Shown here piece after piece: positions 38,884 through 51,865 of a DNA stretch of 64,000 bases. How positions within the stretch are numbered: the stretch's first letter is position 1; the number at the start of each line of letters is the position of its first letter. Source of the stretch: the human T2T-CHM13v2.0 reference genome, Homo sapiens; the NCBI RefSeq assembly GCF_009914755.1, contig NC_060947.1; one strand, 5' to 3'. Position numbers and translations under genes: made by a program. Below the pieces are notes generated by a model, which was given only the letters and a program-made list of their open reading frames with translations, did no database searches and was not told the DNA's origin.

Positions 38884-39013
38884 AACCCTTCCTGCAAGTT
38901 AAACTCATATCCAAGACCCTTATGTAAAAGGGGACCTTGGGCCAAGCCAGCAAAGGGACATTAGAGCCCTAGCAGAGTGCAAAGCTGACCACAACTCCTA
39001 GCAGGTTGGAGCT

Positions 39014-39394
39014 GGTAGTGGATGCTGTTAGTGCCCTGCCTACATCTCCTTTACAAGCTAGTGCATGGGTCCTCCAGCTGCTGTGAGTGTTGGCTGCTAA
39101 ATGCTATAGCTGCCCTCTTCCCCAGAGACTTGCTGTTGGCCAAATGCAAGCCCCATCAACCATCTCACCTCCAGGTGACACCAGCTCTGTGGTGCATTTT
39201 GTGCCCCAGAGATCTCCGTGGGATCAGGCTGGAGCAAATATCCAGCTGAGACTATACTCCTGCTCAGTCCCTTCCCCTACCATATCCAGCTTCCTTCATG
39301 CCCCTTCTACTAAGAGCACTCCCTCCATACATTACTTGAACAATAGTGTCAATCTTAACTTAGACTTTGCTTCTGGATAACCCAATCTTAGGCA
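39014..39394 (+). mobile_element. ERVL solo LTR, LTR16-like
   Basis: gtagtggatgctgttagtgccctgcc...ccagctgctgtgagtgttggctgct...ctccgtgggatcaggctg...aacccaatcttaggca. Confidence 0.75.
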
Positions 39395-39418
39395 GAGTTG
39401 GGAGGAGGGGCATTTATG

Positions 39419-39604
39419 AATAGTCTCAAACCTGACTGCACCTCAGAATCACCTGGGCAGCTTTAAAAATACAGATTCCCAGGCCCCACCTCCAGTGATT
39501 CTGATTCAGTGGGTCTGGAGTGAGGCCTGAGATTCTATAGTTTTCCTGAGTTCAGTGTTTGGTAATTTTAATGCAGCTAGTCCTTTGACCAATGAGAACC
39601 ACTC
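39419..39604. mobile_element. MER5A/B MITE
   Basis: cagaatcacctgggcagctttaaaaatacagattcccaggccccacc...gattctgattcagtgggtctgg. Confidence 0.85.
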
Positions 39605-40249
39605 ATTCTAGCCCATTGTCTTTATTTCTTTTCTTAGATCTTCTAAGAAACATTCATTGATCAAGTTCAGGAACAAATCACACAATCTGTCAAAGACACT
39701 AAGAAGCAGAGATTTAAGTCAAAAGATCCACAGTCTTTGGCAAATCTCTTGGAGTCCAGCATACGATGCTGACTCTCAGAACTTTCTCAGCAAATTGCAT
39801 CTTTAAATTTTTTTCATGTGTCCTGAAATGTAAAGGTCTATTTGGTTGGGAAAAGGGAGAGACTTTTGAGACATCAAGTTACCATGGAGTTTTCCAAAAA
39901 GGGATATTTGACCAAGTTTAGAATATAATTCATGCTTTCCATCCTCCATGCTCAGAAGTATTAACCTATTAACCCTCCTTTCACTAACAGACCTAAATCT
40001 TCATTATTGTTGGTTGTGTGGATGATTTAGTGATGAAATTCAAAGAGAAACATTTTGTTTTGTTATCAGAGACTCTATATTAGGAAGATTTATGAATAGG
40101 TTCTCATGAAAGACACAATTCTAGGGATTTTTAAGCAAATGGACAATTAAATAACTGAATGAAGGTGGCTCAGACTAATGCAGAATAGGGGAGTATTCTA
40201 GATTTTGTAATGATATTGATGATAATAGTGATAAGAACAGCAACAAAAC

Positions 40250-40910
40250 ATGATTGCTAAGATTTGTTTCAGTGCTTAGTATGTATAAGACCAAGCACTA
40301 ATTATTTGATCTGTATTATCTTATTTAATCCCCCCAGCAACTGTTTGAGGTAAATGTATCAGCTGGGGATCAACAAAGGCTTTAAAAAGATGAAACTTTA
40401 TTTTTCGCTTGTGTAAAAGAAGTTAAAGGTTTGTATGCAGACTCAGCAATAATGAGGTACCGAGGCTTCTTCCGGCTCCTAGTTCCACTATCCCTAGACT
40501 GTGGCCCTCATCTTCACAGTCTAAGATAGCTGCTGGAGTGCCAGTCATCACATTATTGGCCTAAGCATCAGGATGAAAGAAGGAACATGCCCCTTGTTTT
40601 CTGGGGAGTCTTTCTAGAAATCCTGTACCACAGTTGCTTTGACCACATTGACCAGGTAGCAATCCCTAGCTAAAAGGGAGACCTGGATATGTAGAATTTT
40701 GGTTGTATGGCATGGGTACAGTTTTTTAAATGAGATTTTATAAATTTGAAAGAGAAGGAGAATGTGGAAGGTTCACTAAGAAATTGACAACTTATGCCAC
40801 AGTAGGTAATATTCTTATCCCCATGTTGCAGATAAGGAAAATAAGGCACTAAGAGACTGAATGAGTTGGTGAAGTTCACACACTTTATAGGTGGCAGTCA
40901 CAGTAGGACG
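40250..40910 (-). mobile_element. MIR interrupted by an MLT1 LTR (halves 40250-40354 and 40802-40910)
   Basis: The left half ends ...cagcaactgtttgaggtaaa and the right half resumes gtaggtaatattcttatccccatgttgcagataaggaaa, contiguous in the MIR consensus. Confidence 0.7.
40355..40801 (-). mobile_element. MaLR solo LTR, MLT1K/L-like
   Basis: Starts tgtatcagct and ends tgccaca. Internal aagatagctgctggagtgccagtcatcaca and cctagctaaaagggagacctggatatgtag. Confidence 0.7.
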
Positions 40911-41128
40911 CAATTCTCTATGATCATCCCTCTCCTGACTGCTATTTCATCCTGTCCATTTTTTTTTCCGATTTTGTAAAACAGTTTTTTTTTTTTAGAA
41001 AAACATTTGTTCATTTCCTGCTTTCTTCTTGGTGTGCCTTTTACCACCTTTGCATAGATCCTAGCCATTCTTCAAAGTTCAGCTCCAATGCCCCAGAAAG
41101 CCCTCCCTTGCACCCACAACTGCTTTCT

Positions 41129-41225
41129 AGTAAATATTTATTGAGCACCTATTATGTGCCAGGCACCGTTCTAGGCACTTGGGCTTCATCAGTGATTAAA
41201 AAAAACAAAAACAAAAAAAAACGAA
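41129..41225 (-). mobile_element. L2 3' end
   Basis: aaatatttattgagcacctattatgtgccaggcaccgttctaggcacttggg. Confidence 0.75.
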
Positions 41226-41229
41226 GACC

Positions 41230-41430
41230 CCGGCTAGCTTAATAGTTCTGTGACCTTGGTCAAGTTCTCTGAGCCTCAGTTCTACATGTGTAAAATGGAA
41301 ATAATAAAAATTACTGTGCAGAGTTATTGTAAAGATTAAAGATGTTACTGTATATAAAGTGCAATTACTGGCATATCATTAGATTTTGAAAAATGATGCC
41401 TTTTAGTATTATTATTGTTGTTGCTATTAT
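41230..41430 (+). mobile_element. MIR fragment
   Basis: ctgtgaccttggtcaagt...tctgagcctcagtttctacatgtgtaaaatggaaataataa. Confidence 0.8.
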
Positions 41431-43699
41431 TGTTATACTATTGTACTGTATTATTATATTCCCCTAATGAGAAATGCTATTCCTTATTAGGCTGTAAACT
41501 TCTGGGCAGGAATAGTATCCAAAGCCTTCTGGTATCACTCAAATACTTGATCAAAGTCAGGGCTTATTAAATGTTTGTTGAGTGGATAAAAAGTGTTTTG
41601 ATGTAGAGAGAACTTCCTGCTTACTTATGCTGTAGATTTAGGAAACAGTAATAAACAGCCTGAGACCCATAGGAAGGGTTTTTGTTTTTTTTTTTAGCGG
41701 GGGCGTTGCCCAATTTAAACTGTGAGTGTTGGTGAGTGGTGTCCTAAAGCAAAACAAGAATGAGTAATAATCTACTCCTCATACTCTTCCGGAAGGCCTC
41801 AGAAAGAAAATATATCCTCTTCCTTTCAGTTTCTTTTTTTCACCTTCACTGATAGATTTCATGTTCCAACAAGTCCTGCTGATCTCTTTTTGTGTTTTAT
41901 TTCTGTCTTCTAATTCTCTTCTCCATCTCTGATCTTTGCTACCTATGGGAATAGGGCTGCTGGCCTAGTGTCCACAGAAGAAAACTTCTGGAAATCAGGA
42001 GGCATTGTGCATCCAGGGTCCTAGAGCTGTTACATTCTAGACCTACGGACAGCACCCCAGCAAGAGCTAACCAGTGCTTGCATCAAAAGTGCACATCAGG
42101 TTTGTTGAGCACCAAACTCCTTTTATTTTGCCATCTCAGCCCAGCTTTCCCCTCAGCCCTTCTGCAAAGGTGAAAGGCAAGTTCACAGGATGCAGGGCCT
42201 TCTTTCTTCCCTCACATCTGGTTTGATTCTGGGCAGCTAAATAGTGGCTTTGCCATGAACAACAAAAGCTAATTCACTGTGGTGGTTTTTAAACACCAAG
42301 TGCAAATATTTTTCCTTTTCAGCTTGGGGTCACTGGAAGGGAAAAAACAGGGCTGAGAGGGAGATTAACCTTTTAAAACCTATTATGACTTCCCAGAAAA
42401 AATAAAACAATGGCAGCATTTCCTTTCATTCGCGACAGTCTTTTTATGAGTGATTGTTGTTTGAGGCAAGATTGGGGCCCTGAAGAAGATTTTTAAATAC
42501 TAGCTTAGCTTGGTTTTCTACTCAAAAGGCCACCATGATTGCTTTTAAGAACCCACACAAATCCCTGTAAAGCCCAGGGCCACCCTCTTTGCTTTCTCTC
42601 TCTTCTGTCTTCATCTCTGGCTGACCTTCCCTCCTTTTCTCCAGCCCTTTGCTTTCTTCCCTCAATCAGGAGCCTGACTCTCTGCTAAAGGGAGGGGATC
42701 AGTGCAATCAGCCATGCCAGCCACTGATGCCACTGACAGATGCTTGGGAGGCTGAAGATTCTGTCTGGGTCATTTCTCTGAGGTTCCAGCCAGACTTTCT
42801 GTTGATCTGGGCTGTCTTAATGCATCCCAGAGCCTCAGCGCCGTTCAGTTCCTCTTCGGAAATGAAGTCGCCCATTCTGGTTCTTGCTGCGCATGATTAA
42901 GGAGCAGAAGTATCCAATACAGGGAGTCACAGCCATCAGCACAAATCTGGCAGATGAGAAAAAAGCAAGTCTATCTGCCTCACTAGTAGTCCTTTTAATC
43001 TTCTCTCTGGACTGCAGAGGAAAAGCTCGTCTCCCACTCTTCATTAGTTTATCTTCTTTCCTTCTCTCTTCCCTTTCAGCTTCTGCACACAGATTCACTT
43101 GCTGGGCTCAGGTGGGAGGCAAATCATGTGCCATGACAACATAAGGCTATTAGGGCAAAGATGTGGAAGTACCTAAACTCTCCCTTTCTTGCCAAGAGGA
43201 AGATCTGAACAGGGTCCAGGATGGTTGCTGTTTGTGAAGTGGTTTGAGTATTCTTGCTATGCGCTATTACTGCTGTTATCAGCATCACGAGAGTCTAACA
43301 TGTTGATACAGGTGGTGTGTGTTGAGGGCGGGTGGGTGGGAAGGGATCAGAAATTGATTTGTAACCTGCAAAGAGCAAACTCCAGTTGTATCGCCTCCAC
43401 CTGCACCATTCTTGTCCTTTCGGTGTGTGCGCAAATATTTGCAAACCTGTTGAATAGCGCACCCTCACACCAACCTAAAATTTCACAGCCAAGTAAGCCA
43501 GCCCCATCCTGGTGAGAAGAATGGGTGGCAACCTGGGGCAGCTATGGAGTGATGGGATGAAATGTATTCCTTCTCCTGATCAGGCAGTTGGTGTAGGGGC
43601 TGGGCTGCTGTGGCTCCCTGGATTTATTTGTCCAGCTTCCTGTCTCTGGCAGTGTGCTAATGGTTTCGATAGCCACATGGCACTTGGCAGAGCTTCTTA

Positions 43700-43793
43700 A
43701 ACTGGTGTGGCCCGAGACTCTGCATTCTAACAAGCTCCCAGGTTGATGCCTATGCTCCTAACCCCCTGGCCAACTGCAATTGGAGTAGCAAGG
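43700..43793. mobile_element. MER5A1-like half element
   Basis: ggcccgagactctgcattctaacaagctcccagg...gagtagcaagg. Confidence 0.7.
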
Positions 43794-45579
43794 CTGTAAA
43801 GAAGTCCCACTGCAACCTAAACTGCTCCAGGGATGAAAAAGGAAAGTGCTAAGCCCCTCCTCTGGAGACAGGGTGTGTCCAGGCTGCCCTGGAGTCCTGA
43901 TTTGCCATTCAAGTGAACCCTGGAGGGATTAGCAGCCAGCCTAGCACTTGGGTGAGACCATCTCCCCCTCCAGGGGGGAGTCCTAGATGCAGCACAGAGG
44001 TTCTGTGAAAATCTGCCATCCTCCTTGCAGAAGGTTGCCCTCTCTCGCCCTCCATCCCCCCCGCCGTGCTTGCTGACTTAAGCAGATCAGCTTTCAGCTC
44101 TCTGGCATTCAGAGACGTCTTTGCATAAAAGAAAAGGCCCTTCCTTAAGGAGCAGAGCGGGAATCCAAGCATGGCTCTGGCCTGCTGCATGCCCAAGAAT
44201 GCAGGTATTTGGGGTTTGCAGCATTTCTTGGCAAGACAAAGGGGAGGGGGAGGCTGGGTCTAACGAAGAGGGGCTTGTGCTGTAGCCACTTCCTATTCTG
44301 GGAGAGAAGATAACTATGTTTCCCAATGAAAGTGAGCCCTTTCACAGGAACAGCTGTGAGGAGGGGAATCTGCACTTGACCCTCACTCAAGGCTGACTTT
44401 GACATTTAGGGTCAGTGGCTCCTAAGCTTTGAGGACCTTGCATTGTTCATACTGGCTGGCCAACGTTTTCGCCTTTGCTCTCCTTCTGAGGCATCAAACT
44501 ACCCAAGACAAAGAGGACAACCCTTTCTTCCTTCTCCTCTTCTGCTCCGACATTTGAACGTCTTAAAGAAGGGCCAGAGGGTAGCTCCAGTAGAGATTCC
44601 AGGGCAGGATTCCGGGGCTCTAGCTCAGGACTTCTGGGAAGGGGCCCCATCCTGCATGGGCTTGCACCAGGCCCTATGTTGCTTTCTTCTCCTCCAGCAC
44701 TGCCCCCTCCAGTCTTCTTGGAATTCTTCAGTATCTTACCTTCATCCTGAGATTACAGAGAAAGACTTGTTTATCTCCCAGTGTCCCCAAAACAGCCCTA
44801 AACTGAGAGTCCCCAGACCCAAATCCCCCAACCTCTCGTTTCTGTTACATCTTCAATGGCCTTACACAAATCTGTTAAACCACTGTGGGGCCTGTCTTGA
44901 TTTCTTTAGCCCTCTAAGCCCTCCTTCACTATACTTCTTTATCACATAAGTTTGGCCATGCAATTGAACCCTATTTGAAAAGCATTGAACTTTTTACAGT
45001 ATTCTTCCAACACTGGGGTTATTAGTCCTTCAGTTGTAACTCAGGCTCCTTAATGTCAAGGACAGTGCCTTACTTTCATTTCTTGCTATGCGCTATTAGG
45101 TTGTTCTGCAGGAGGTGGCCAGTGTGACAGTTGACGCTGGCCACTCTCCTTGCCTCAGCTAAACCCCTTCACTGCACATTTGCCTCCACTGCCTCTGCGG
45201 AGGCTGACACAGGGCCAAGTTTCAAGGGTCTCCTATTAGCCCAACAGCTACCAACACCGTGTATGCAGCCTTTCTTAATGAAGGGTTTGTCCTACCTGCT
45301 GTCTGAGAACACTCTCTCTGAGCTGCCTTTCCAGGCCATGATGATGGGGAAGCACTGTTGTGTGCAGCTTTGTTACTTAAGATCGCTCAGGAGAAGAAGG
45401 AAGCATTCCTGTGAACCAGGCAGCTTCCAATGGGTGTCATGGAGCCTCTATCAGTTTGTTCAGGACATTGTGGTTTCTGAATTTTATGGCAGAGAAGTTG
45501 TTCAAATGCAAGTCCCTAATATCATATATATTTATGATAAATAACCATTATTTGATGGGCAGGCCAATTATAACAATTA

Positions 45580-45694
45580 AACACCTCAGACCAATCAAAT
45601 CAGAATCTCTGGGAGTGGGTCCCGATAACAGTGCATGTTTTTAAAACTCCCCAGGTGGATTCCAATGTGCAGCCGTAAGAAGTAAGAACTGCAC
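45580..45694. mobile_element. MER5B-like fragment
   Basis: cagaccaatcaaatcagaatctctgggagtggg...ctccccaggtggattccaatgtgcagcc. Confidence 0.7.
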
Positions 45695-47145
45695 TTCCAC
45701 CCAAACCCCCAATTCCCCTCAGGGAACCAAGGAAGACAACTAAGGGCCTACATTCATACATTTTCATACAGATCAGTGGATTCAGGAGAGAGCGTCCAAC
45801 AGCCAGATAGTCTTTATTTATTAGGCCTGAAGAACTAAGTAATGGGAGAGTACCAAAGAAATAAGGCCCTGCCAGAAGTTTCAGTTTAGGCTCAATAAGA
45901 AAGATGAGAAAGCCTTTAGAATAGCTCGACCCAGTTTTCCCTCAAGACTTGAAGATCCAAGGCCTATACGTGGCTGACAGACCAGGAAGGGACTGGGCGG
46001 GGGTGGTGGTGGTGACAGGGCTACTTGACAGAGGGCTCAACTTTTTTGAAGCTGCTGGCGTGTCATGAGTTTGGCTATCTTTGGGCATTAGTCTCAGCAA
46101 TGTCATGGTACTCCTGCCAACTCTGGATGGTTCACAAGTGGGAAGACTAGGCCCTTAATCAAAGATGCCTTCAAGTAGGACTTGGCAGATACTGCATTCA
46201 GCACAATAAAAGCTGAAGGGAAAATGACTGCTTTTACCTTAACGCAAATTTTATTACCACCAGGTTTCATTATAAAAATGTTACAGGTTTGGGTGTGTGT
46301 TTATTACATAAACGATGGAGTTACTCTGATCTTCACCAGCTTTCAAACTGGAATCTCAAAGGGAGTTCTATTTGCTAGATTTAAAGCTGTGGAACCATTG
46401 TTTCTCATGACTGCCTTATAAGCATAGGAATAAAATGCAGGGAAAAACAAACTCTCTGTTTTCTTTCCTTCTCGACCCCTGCCAAATTTCCCCAATCTGG
46501 AGGAAGGCACAGCCACGTGCTGGATGTTGTAGCTGATAGACTATATTTGGGCTAGGCTTACCAGGGATAGGATGGTCTTCAGGAAAAGTGGGAATGTGAC
46601 TCAAATTTCAGGCTCCTGTTGCGTCTAGCTTAGAAAGGTGTCCTGGAGGCTTGGACAGGTGTGAGAATCACTTAAGCTGATCAGGCAAACTCTCAGAAAC
46701 ACAGACCCTTATGCCAACCCATAGTCAGTGGTCACAAAGTACAACAGCTACTGTCATTATGTGTTCCCAGATCTCTGGGCATTTGTCTTTCCCAGAAGCA
46801 AAGCTTTCATGTCATTATCAGTGTCATCTTAGGTCCCTTAGTTCATTCCTGGGAACCCTGCATTCAGAGGGAGCAAGGCATAGGCTGCCACTGTCTTATG
46901 GCAAAGACCATTTTGTCAATTTTACTGATGTTCTGTATTTTAAAATTAATGTACCTGATTTTATATTCTTTACTTGAGATTTTAAATTATTAAAAATATT
47001 TCTTAAATTGAATGTTTCAATAAAAAATGTGAGAATTGAAAACTACAAATTTACCTCAGAGTATAGCTTTGGTAATTTCCATTGGTTTTTCTATGTGGGC
47101 TTATTGTTATTGGTTTCATCCTCTGAATAGTTAGTTTTGGGCAAG

Positions 47146-47377
47146 ACAGCATGGTGTGAGGAAAATGGGCTTTGGTGTCTGCCAGATCTGGATGTGAATC
47201 TTTACTCTGCCCTTTATCAGTTGTGTGACTAAGTTATAGGATCACAACTTCCTTATTTCTAAAATGGAGATAATAATATCTGCTTGTTGTATTCTTTAAA
47301 CGATGATGAAATGAAAGAATGCAGGCAAAGGACTTAGCATGGTGCACCTAGTAGATGCTCAATCCATGGTTGCTATG
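47146..47377 (+). mobile_element. MIR SINE
   Basis: acagcatggtgtgag...gggctttggtgtc...aaaatggagataataatatc...gtagatgctcaat. Confidence 0.75.
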
Positions 47378-47931
47378 GATAATAATAGCAAAAATAATAC
47401 ATCACTGGCACAGGCAAAAGCTTTGTGGCTGGGAAGTGCTCTCCATTTGCATGTCTTGGGCAGAGGGCCAGGACAGTGGGTATCCTTTCTGGATCAAACT
47501 ACTTATCCTAATGTCCTCCAGAGACACTGGCAGATGGGACATGAAATACCAACAGTGTGCCTAGGGGAGGGCATGCAGCCAAATGTTACACTGAATTGAG
47601 CACGCCAAGGCAATCCAGGAAAAAACTCAGCACAAAAACTCACCATTCAGAAATTCCCCTGAACTGTCTTGATCTCATTTTCTCTTGTGGGATGTTCCTC
47701 AATGAACTGAGCTTCCCTACCCCAGATCTGGCTTCTTTCCTGGCTACCCAGCTGGGTTGCTTTCCCCTCTGTAGGGTTTTGACTGCACATTATAGCCAGA
47801 GCCTTGAGGGAAGTGAGCATTTGGGGAGCAAAACTTTATGGAGCAGCATCTCTGTGCTGGGAATTAGGCTTGGCTCTGAGCATCAAACATGACTAAGTCA
47901 CAGTTCTGTTCTTGAGGACTTCCAAGTCAGG

Positions 47932-48402
47932 TGCCTTAGTCCATTTTCTGTTGCTATAACAGAATACCACAGACTGGGTAATTTATAAAGAAAATAAATG
48001 TATTACTTACAGTTCTAGAGGCTGAGAAGTCCAAGATCAAGTGGTTGCATCTGGTTGGCTTCTGGTGAGGGCTTCATGCTGTGTCATAACATTGTGGAAG
48101 GCATCCCAGGGTAATAGGGGGGTTGCACCGAGAGCCAAACTGGCTCTTATAACATATCTACTCTTGTGATAACCACCCCATTCATGTGATAACCCATTTA
48201 ATCCATTAACCCATTAATCTATTAATCCATTTAATCCATTAACCCATTAATCTGTTAATTCATTAATCTGTTTATCCATTGGGTTATGGAAAGAGCCCTC
48301 ATAACCCAATCACTTCTTAAAGACCCCATCTCTTAATACTGTTAAATTGGAGATTATGTTTCAACATGAGTTTCTGAGGGGACAAACATTCAAACCATAG
48401 CA
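47932..48402 (-). mobile_element. MaLR solo LTR, MST family (MSTC-like), perfect 5-bp TSD
   Basis: tgccttagtccattttctgttgctataacagaataccacagactgggtaatttataaag ... gacaaacattcaaaccatagca. TSD tcagg at 47927-47931 and 48403-48407. Confidence 0.9.
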
Positions 48403-50510
48403 TCAGGAGAATACTGACCCATGAACATCAGAAAGGCTAAACACAGTGCCTTTAGGCCCATCCACAGGAAGGAGGAACCAACTCTTTCTTGTGGAGTGGC
48501 ATGGGAAGCCAAGTGAGGCTGATGGAGGAGAGGACTTTTGAACTGACTTTGTCAGGATAAATAGGTTAAGATGTATCAAGTTTTCGGTAAGTTTTTAAAA
48601 ATACCTATTTGCCTTTGGTTGATTCTTGCCTTCTCTGAGTCTGAGGGGCATAGGAGGTGATGGAGGAGATGGTAAGGTTTAGGAAGAGATAAGGCTGCAG
48701 GAAGCTATAAGCAACTGTAATCTGCTATCCACACTCTCTCCATCCTGCAGAACTCCACTGTATATAGAGGTAAACTGAAGTGGAAGTTACTTATCTGTGT
48801 TCAAAGCAGAATCTTCTAGTTTTCTCTGAAGCCCACCCTGTACTTCTGAATACTTTGGTGGGTAGCATGGCTCTTTCTCTCCTAGTCTTTTTGGCTCAGC
48901 AAGAATACCGGAAACTCCACTCTCCTGAAGGGTATTACTTTTCATGGCCTTGCATGTGGCTATAACTCATTGATCTTGAATGTAGCTGCACCCCCGGCTC
49001 CTGAAATGGCAGAAAGGACATACAGAAGGGAATTAATCTCAGCCATATCCATTCACAACTGAAACACAGAACTGGTTCTTCAGCATCCAGAGGCCAAATG
49101 TCAAGCTCCAATAAGAGGAAAGATGCAAATGCTTCCTCAGCTTCAAGGAACTGAGGCCTCCCAGGAATGTTGTCTTTGCTCCTTTCTTGATCCCACCTTT
49201 GCAATTGAGTGAGGAGGAAGTTTTCATTTATTCTTCAAGATAGAGTAAATCACTCTTCTCTCACCACCTTGTCTTTGTGTTAATGCTTGCCATGGATGAC
49301 ATTTGGCCATTAACAGCTAAGCTCCCTCTTCCATCTAAGTTTTTATCCCTGGAAACATTCACAGGCAAGTAAGAGCTGGATGATTAATTTTCGAATAAGG
49401 ATGTGTTTGAGAACAGGCCAGGGGCACACATCAACAGCCACATAGCCGTTGGCTTAAATGGATGATAAATTCTGCATCCCAACTAATACAGGCCCATAGT
49501 CCCTGCTTTGAAAACCAGGGGTGATGACAGGGGCCATGGGTTTCTAGTGCTTTCCACACCTGTCTCAGAAAGCAAGCAAAATAACCACTTGGGAGAATTA
49601 AGATAATTGTGTGTTGAGTGTTTTTCCCTAAGAAAGAGTTGATCTGTTGCTTCTTTTGATTAGGCTTTTATTTTTGCCCTTTCCCTCTCTCCACTGAGTT
49701 TCTAGTTGCTTCTTTTTTATTTTATTTTATTTTATTTTTTTACACAAAAGACATCATGGGTAAGAAGAGGAGATTTTATTTTGAAGAACAATGACCACAT
49801 TAACAAGGTGACAACAGATAAGCTAAAAGTCACTCCATTTTCTGCCAGGGAAAAATGTCCTTTGCTGCCAAATCACATTCTGCTTCTCTTTGTCTACTCT
49901 CCTTTTATAGGAGGGTGGCAGGCCCAGCCACTGATGGACTCAGAAGAAATATCTGGGAGATAAGATACACCCTTGATTCATATGAGAAAAGAAGCTTTTG
50001 AGTTCAATGATAAAAAATAACTTCCTTTCCTGTTCCACAACATTCTTGTGGCTGGAGCCCTCTGTAGGACAACGACATTTCTCTCCCCTTGGTCCAACAT
50101 ATCACGCTGAAAATAACTATGAATTTGGAAACTTGGTAAAGGGCAAAAATCCAATTTCTTGCATTTAATAGATATCTAGGCTTAGATTAGATTCTGTAGG
50201 TATAGAATCTGCCCTACATCCTGCTCTATATTTGGGGCAAAGCTGAGAACCTCTCTATCTTTAAAGTGTCACAGCTGCATTTAGAGACCCAACCCATTCA
50301 GCATTCTGTGAAAGAACAGTAGAACCAAATATCCATGTGTGATTATATTCCCAAGTGTGTCTATTTAAAAAAAAAAAAAGAAAAGAAAAAAACAAACTTC
50401 AAAATGATTGGAGAAAGAAAAACTGGATGTGGGATGGAGGAGGTGACAAGGGAAAGGGAAGGAAGCTTCTAAGGAAGTGAGATTTGAGCTAGGCTTTGAT
50501 GAATTGGTAG

Positions 50511-50849
<339 letters not shown>

Positions 50850-50864
50850 TAGGGTATATCTTTC

Positions 50865-51005
50865 TAAGTTTTGGTTTCTTCTATAAAATCTCATAGGCTT
50901 GTTGTGAAGATTTAATGGCATAATTAAAATAGTGCACATGGCACACTGCTTGGGACATAAGGACTGAATAAGTGGTTGTAGTTGTTGTCATTGCTACTGT
51001 TATTA
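50865..51005 (+). mobile_element. MIR 3' fragment
   Basis: ctcataggcttgttgtgaagatttaatgg...gcacactgcttgggacata. Confidence 0.6.
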
Positions 51006-51669
51006 TCATTGCAATTAGGAGGTGGTATTGGAAGTATGTGAAAAGAACCTTCGTAGGGACATGATGCTATTACCACAGGTAATTAAACCCCTTTTTCCTG
51101 ACCCCTTTTTCTCTGATCTTATCCCGTTCTTTCTGAGACTGTCATCTTTTATATTTTGGCATACTTTGGTTAATATTAGTTCGCTTCTGGCAAGATGAAA
51201 GCAGACCCAACCAAGTATCAAAAGATTTTTTTTAACCCCGCTCCATTTCCCAATATAACATCTTATACACTGATTTACAATTTCAGTAGTGGGTGGATAT
51301 TCGAGTGAAGATGTAAATATAAAACCAATAGCTTATGCTATAATTTCTCCAGGGGTCTTTGTTTTTAGCAACTTATTTTAGCAATTTCAAAAAATATTCA
51401 CTCCGGTTATTTTGATTTTCTTCTAATCTGTTTATCTTCCAGTGATTTCATTCAAGTCACAAAGGAAAGGTGTTTCTGGAAATAAGCAATGAAACATTTC
51501 TTTTTTAAGTTTAGTAGTTAATATGGCAGTATTTTTGCCTCATAAGTGATGGATATAATGTGTTTGAGAGGGGCTTGTCCATTGATGTTAGGGACTGAGG
51601 AGATTGTCACATGCAGTGGTTGGGGGAAACCAGGATGGTAATGTTAAAAGTAATTTAATGACTCATGTG

Positions 51670-51865
51670 CTCAGGAGGATTATGCTAATTGCTTGGTCAT
51701 AGCTTATCCTCATCACAATCCTCTGATGCAGGTACAGTTATTCTTCTCCTTCCATAGATGAAGAAAATGAGGCTTAGAATATTTACATAACAACTTGCCC
51801 AAGATTACAGCTTAGTTGTTGCAGAGCCAGAATTTAGACTCAGTTCTCTCTGGCTCCAAAACCTA
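51670..51865 (-). mobile_element. MIR SINE
   Basis: atcctcatcacaatcctctgatgcaggtac...atagatgaagaaaatgaggcttaga...aacttgcccaagattacagc. Confidence 0.8.

Noticed and set aside
44443-45544. ORFs of 168 and 137 aa
   Set aside because: Non-ATG (TTG) starts, low-complexity L/S/P-rich peptides and no motif.
51019-51078. 60-nt open stretch between AG and CAG|GTAATT (EVVLEVCEKNLRRDMMLLPQ)
   Set aside because: The acceptor lacks a pyrimidine tract and abuts a MIR tail, and the peptide is not recognised.
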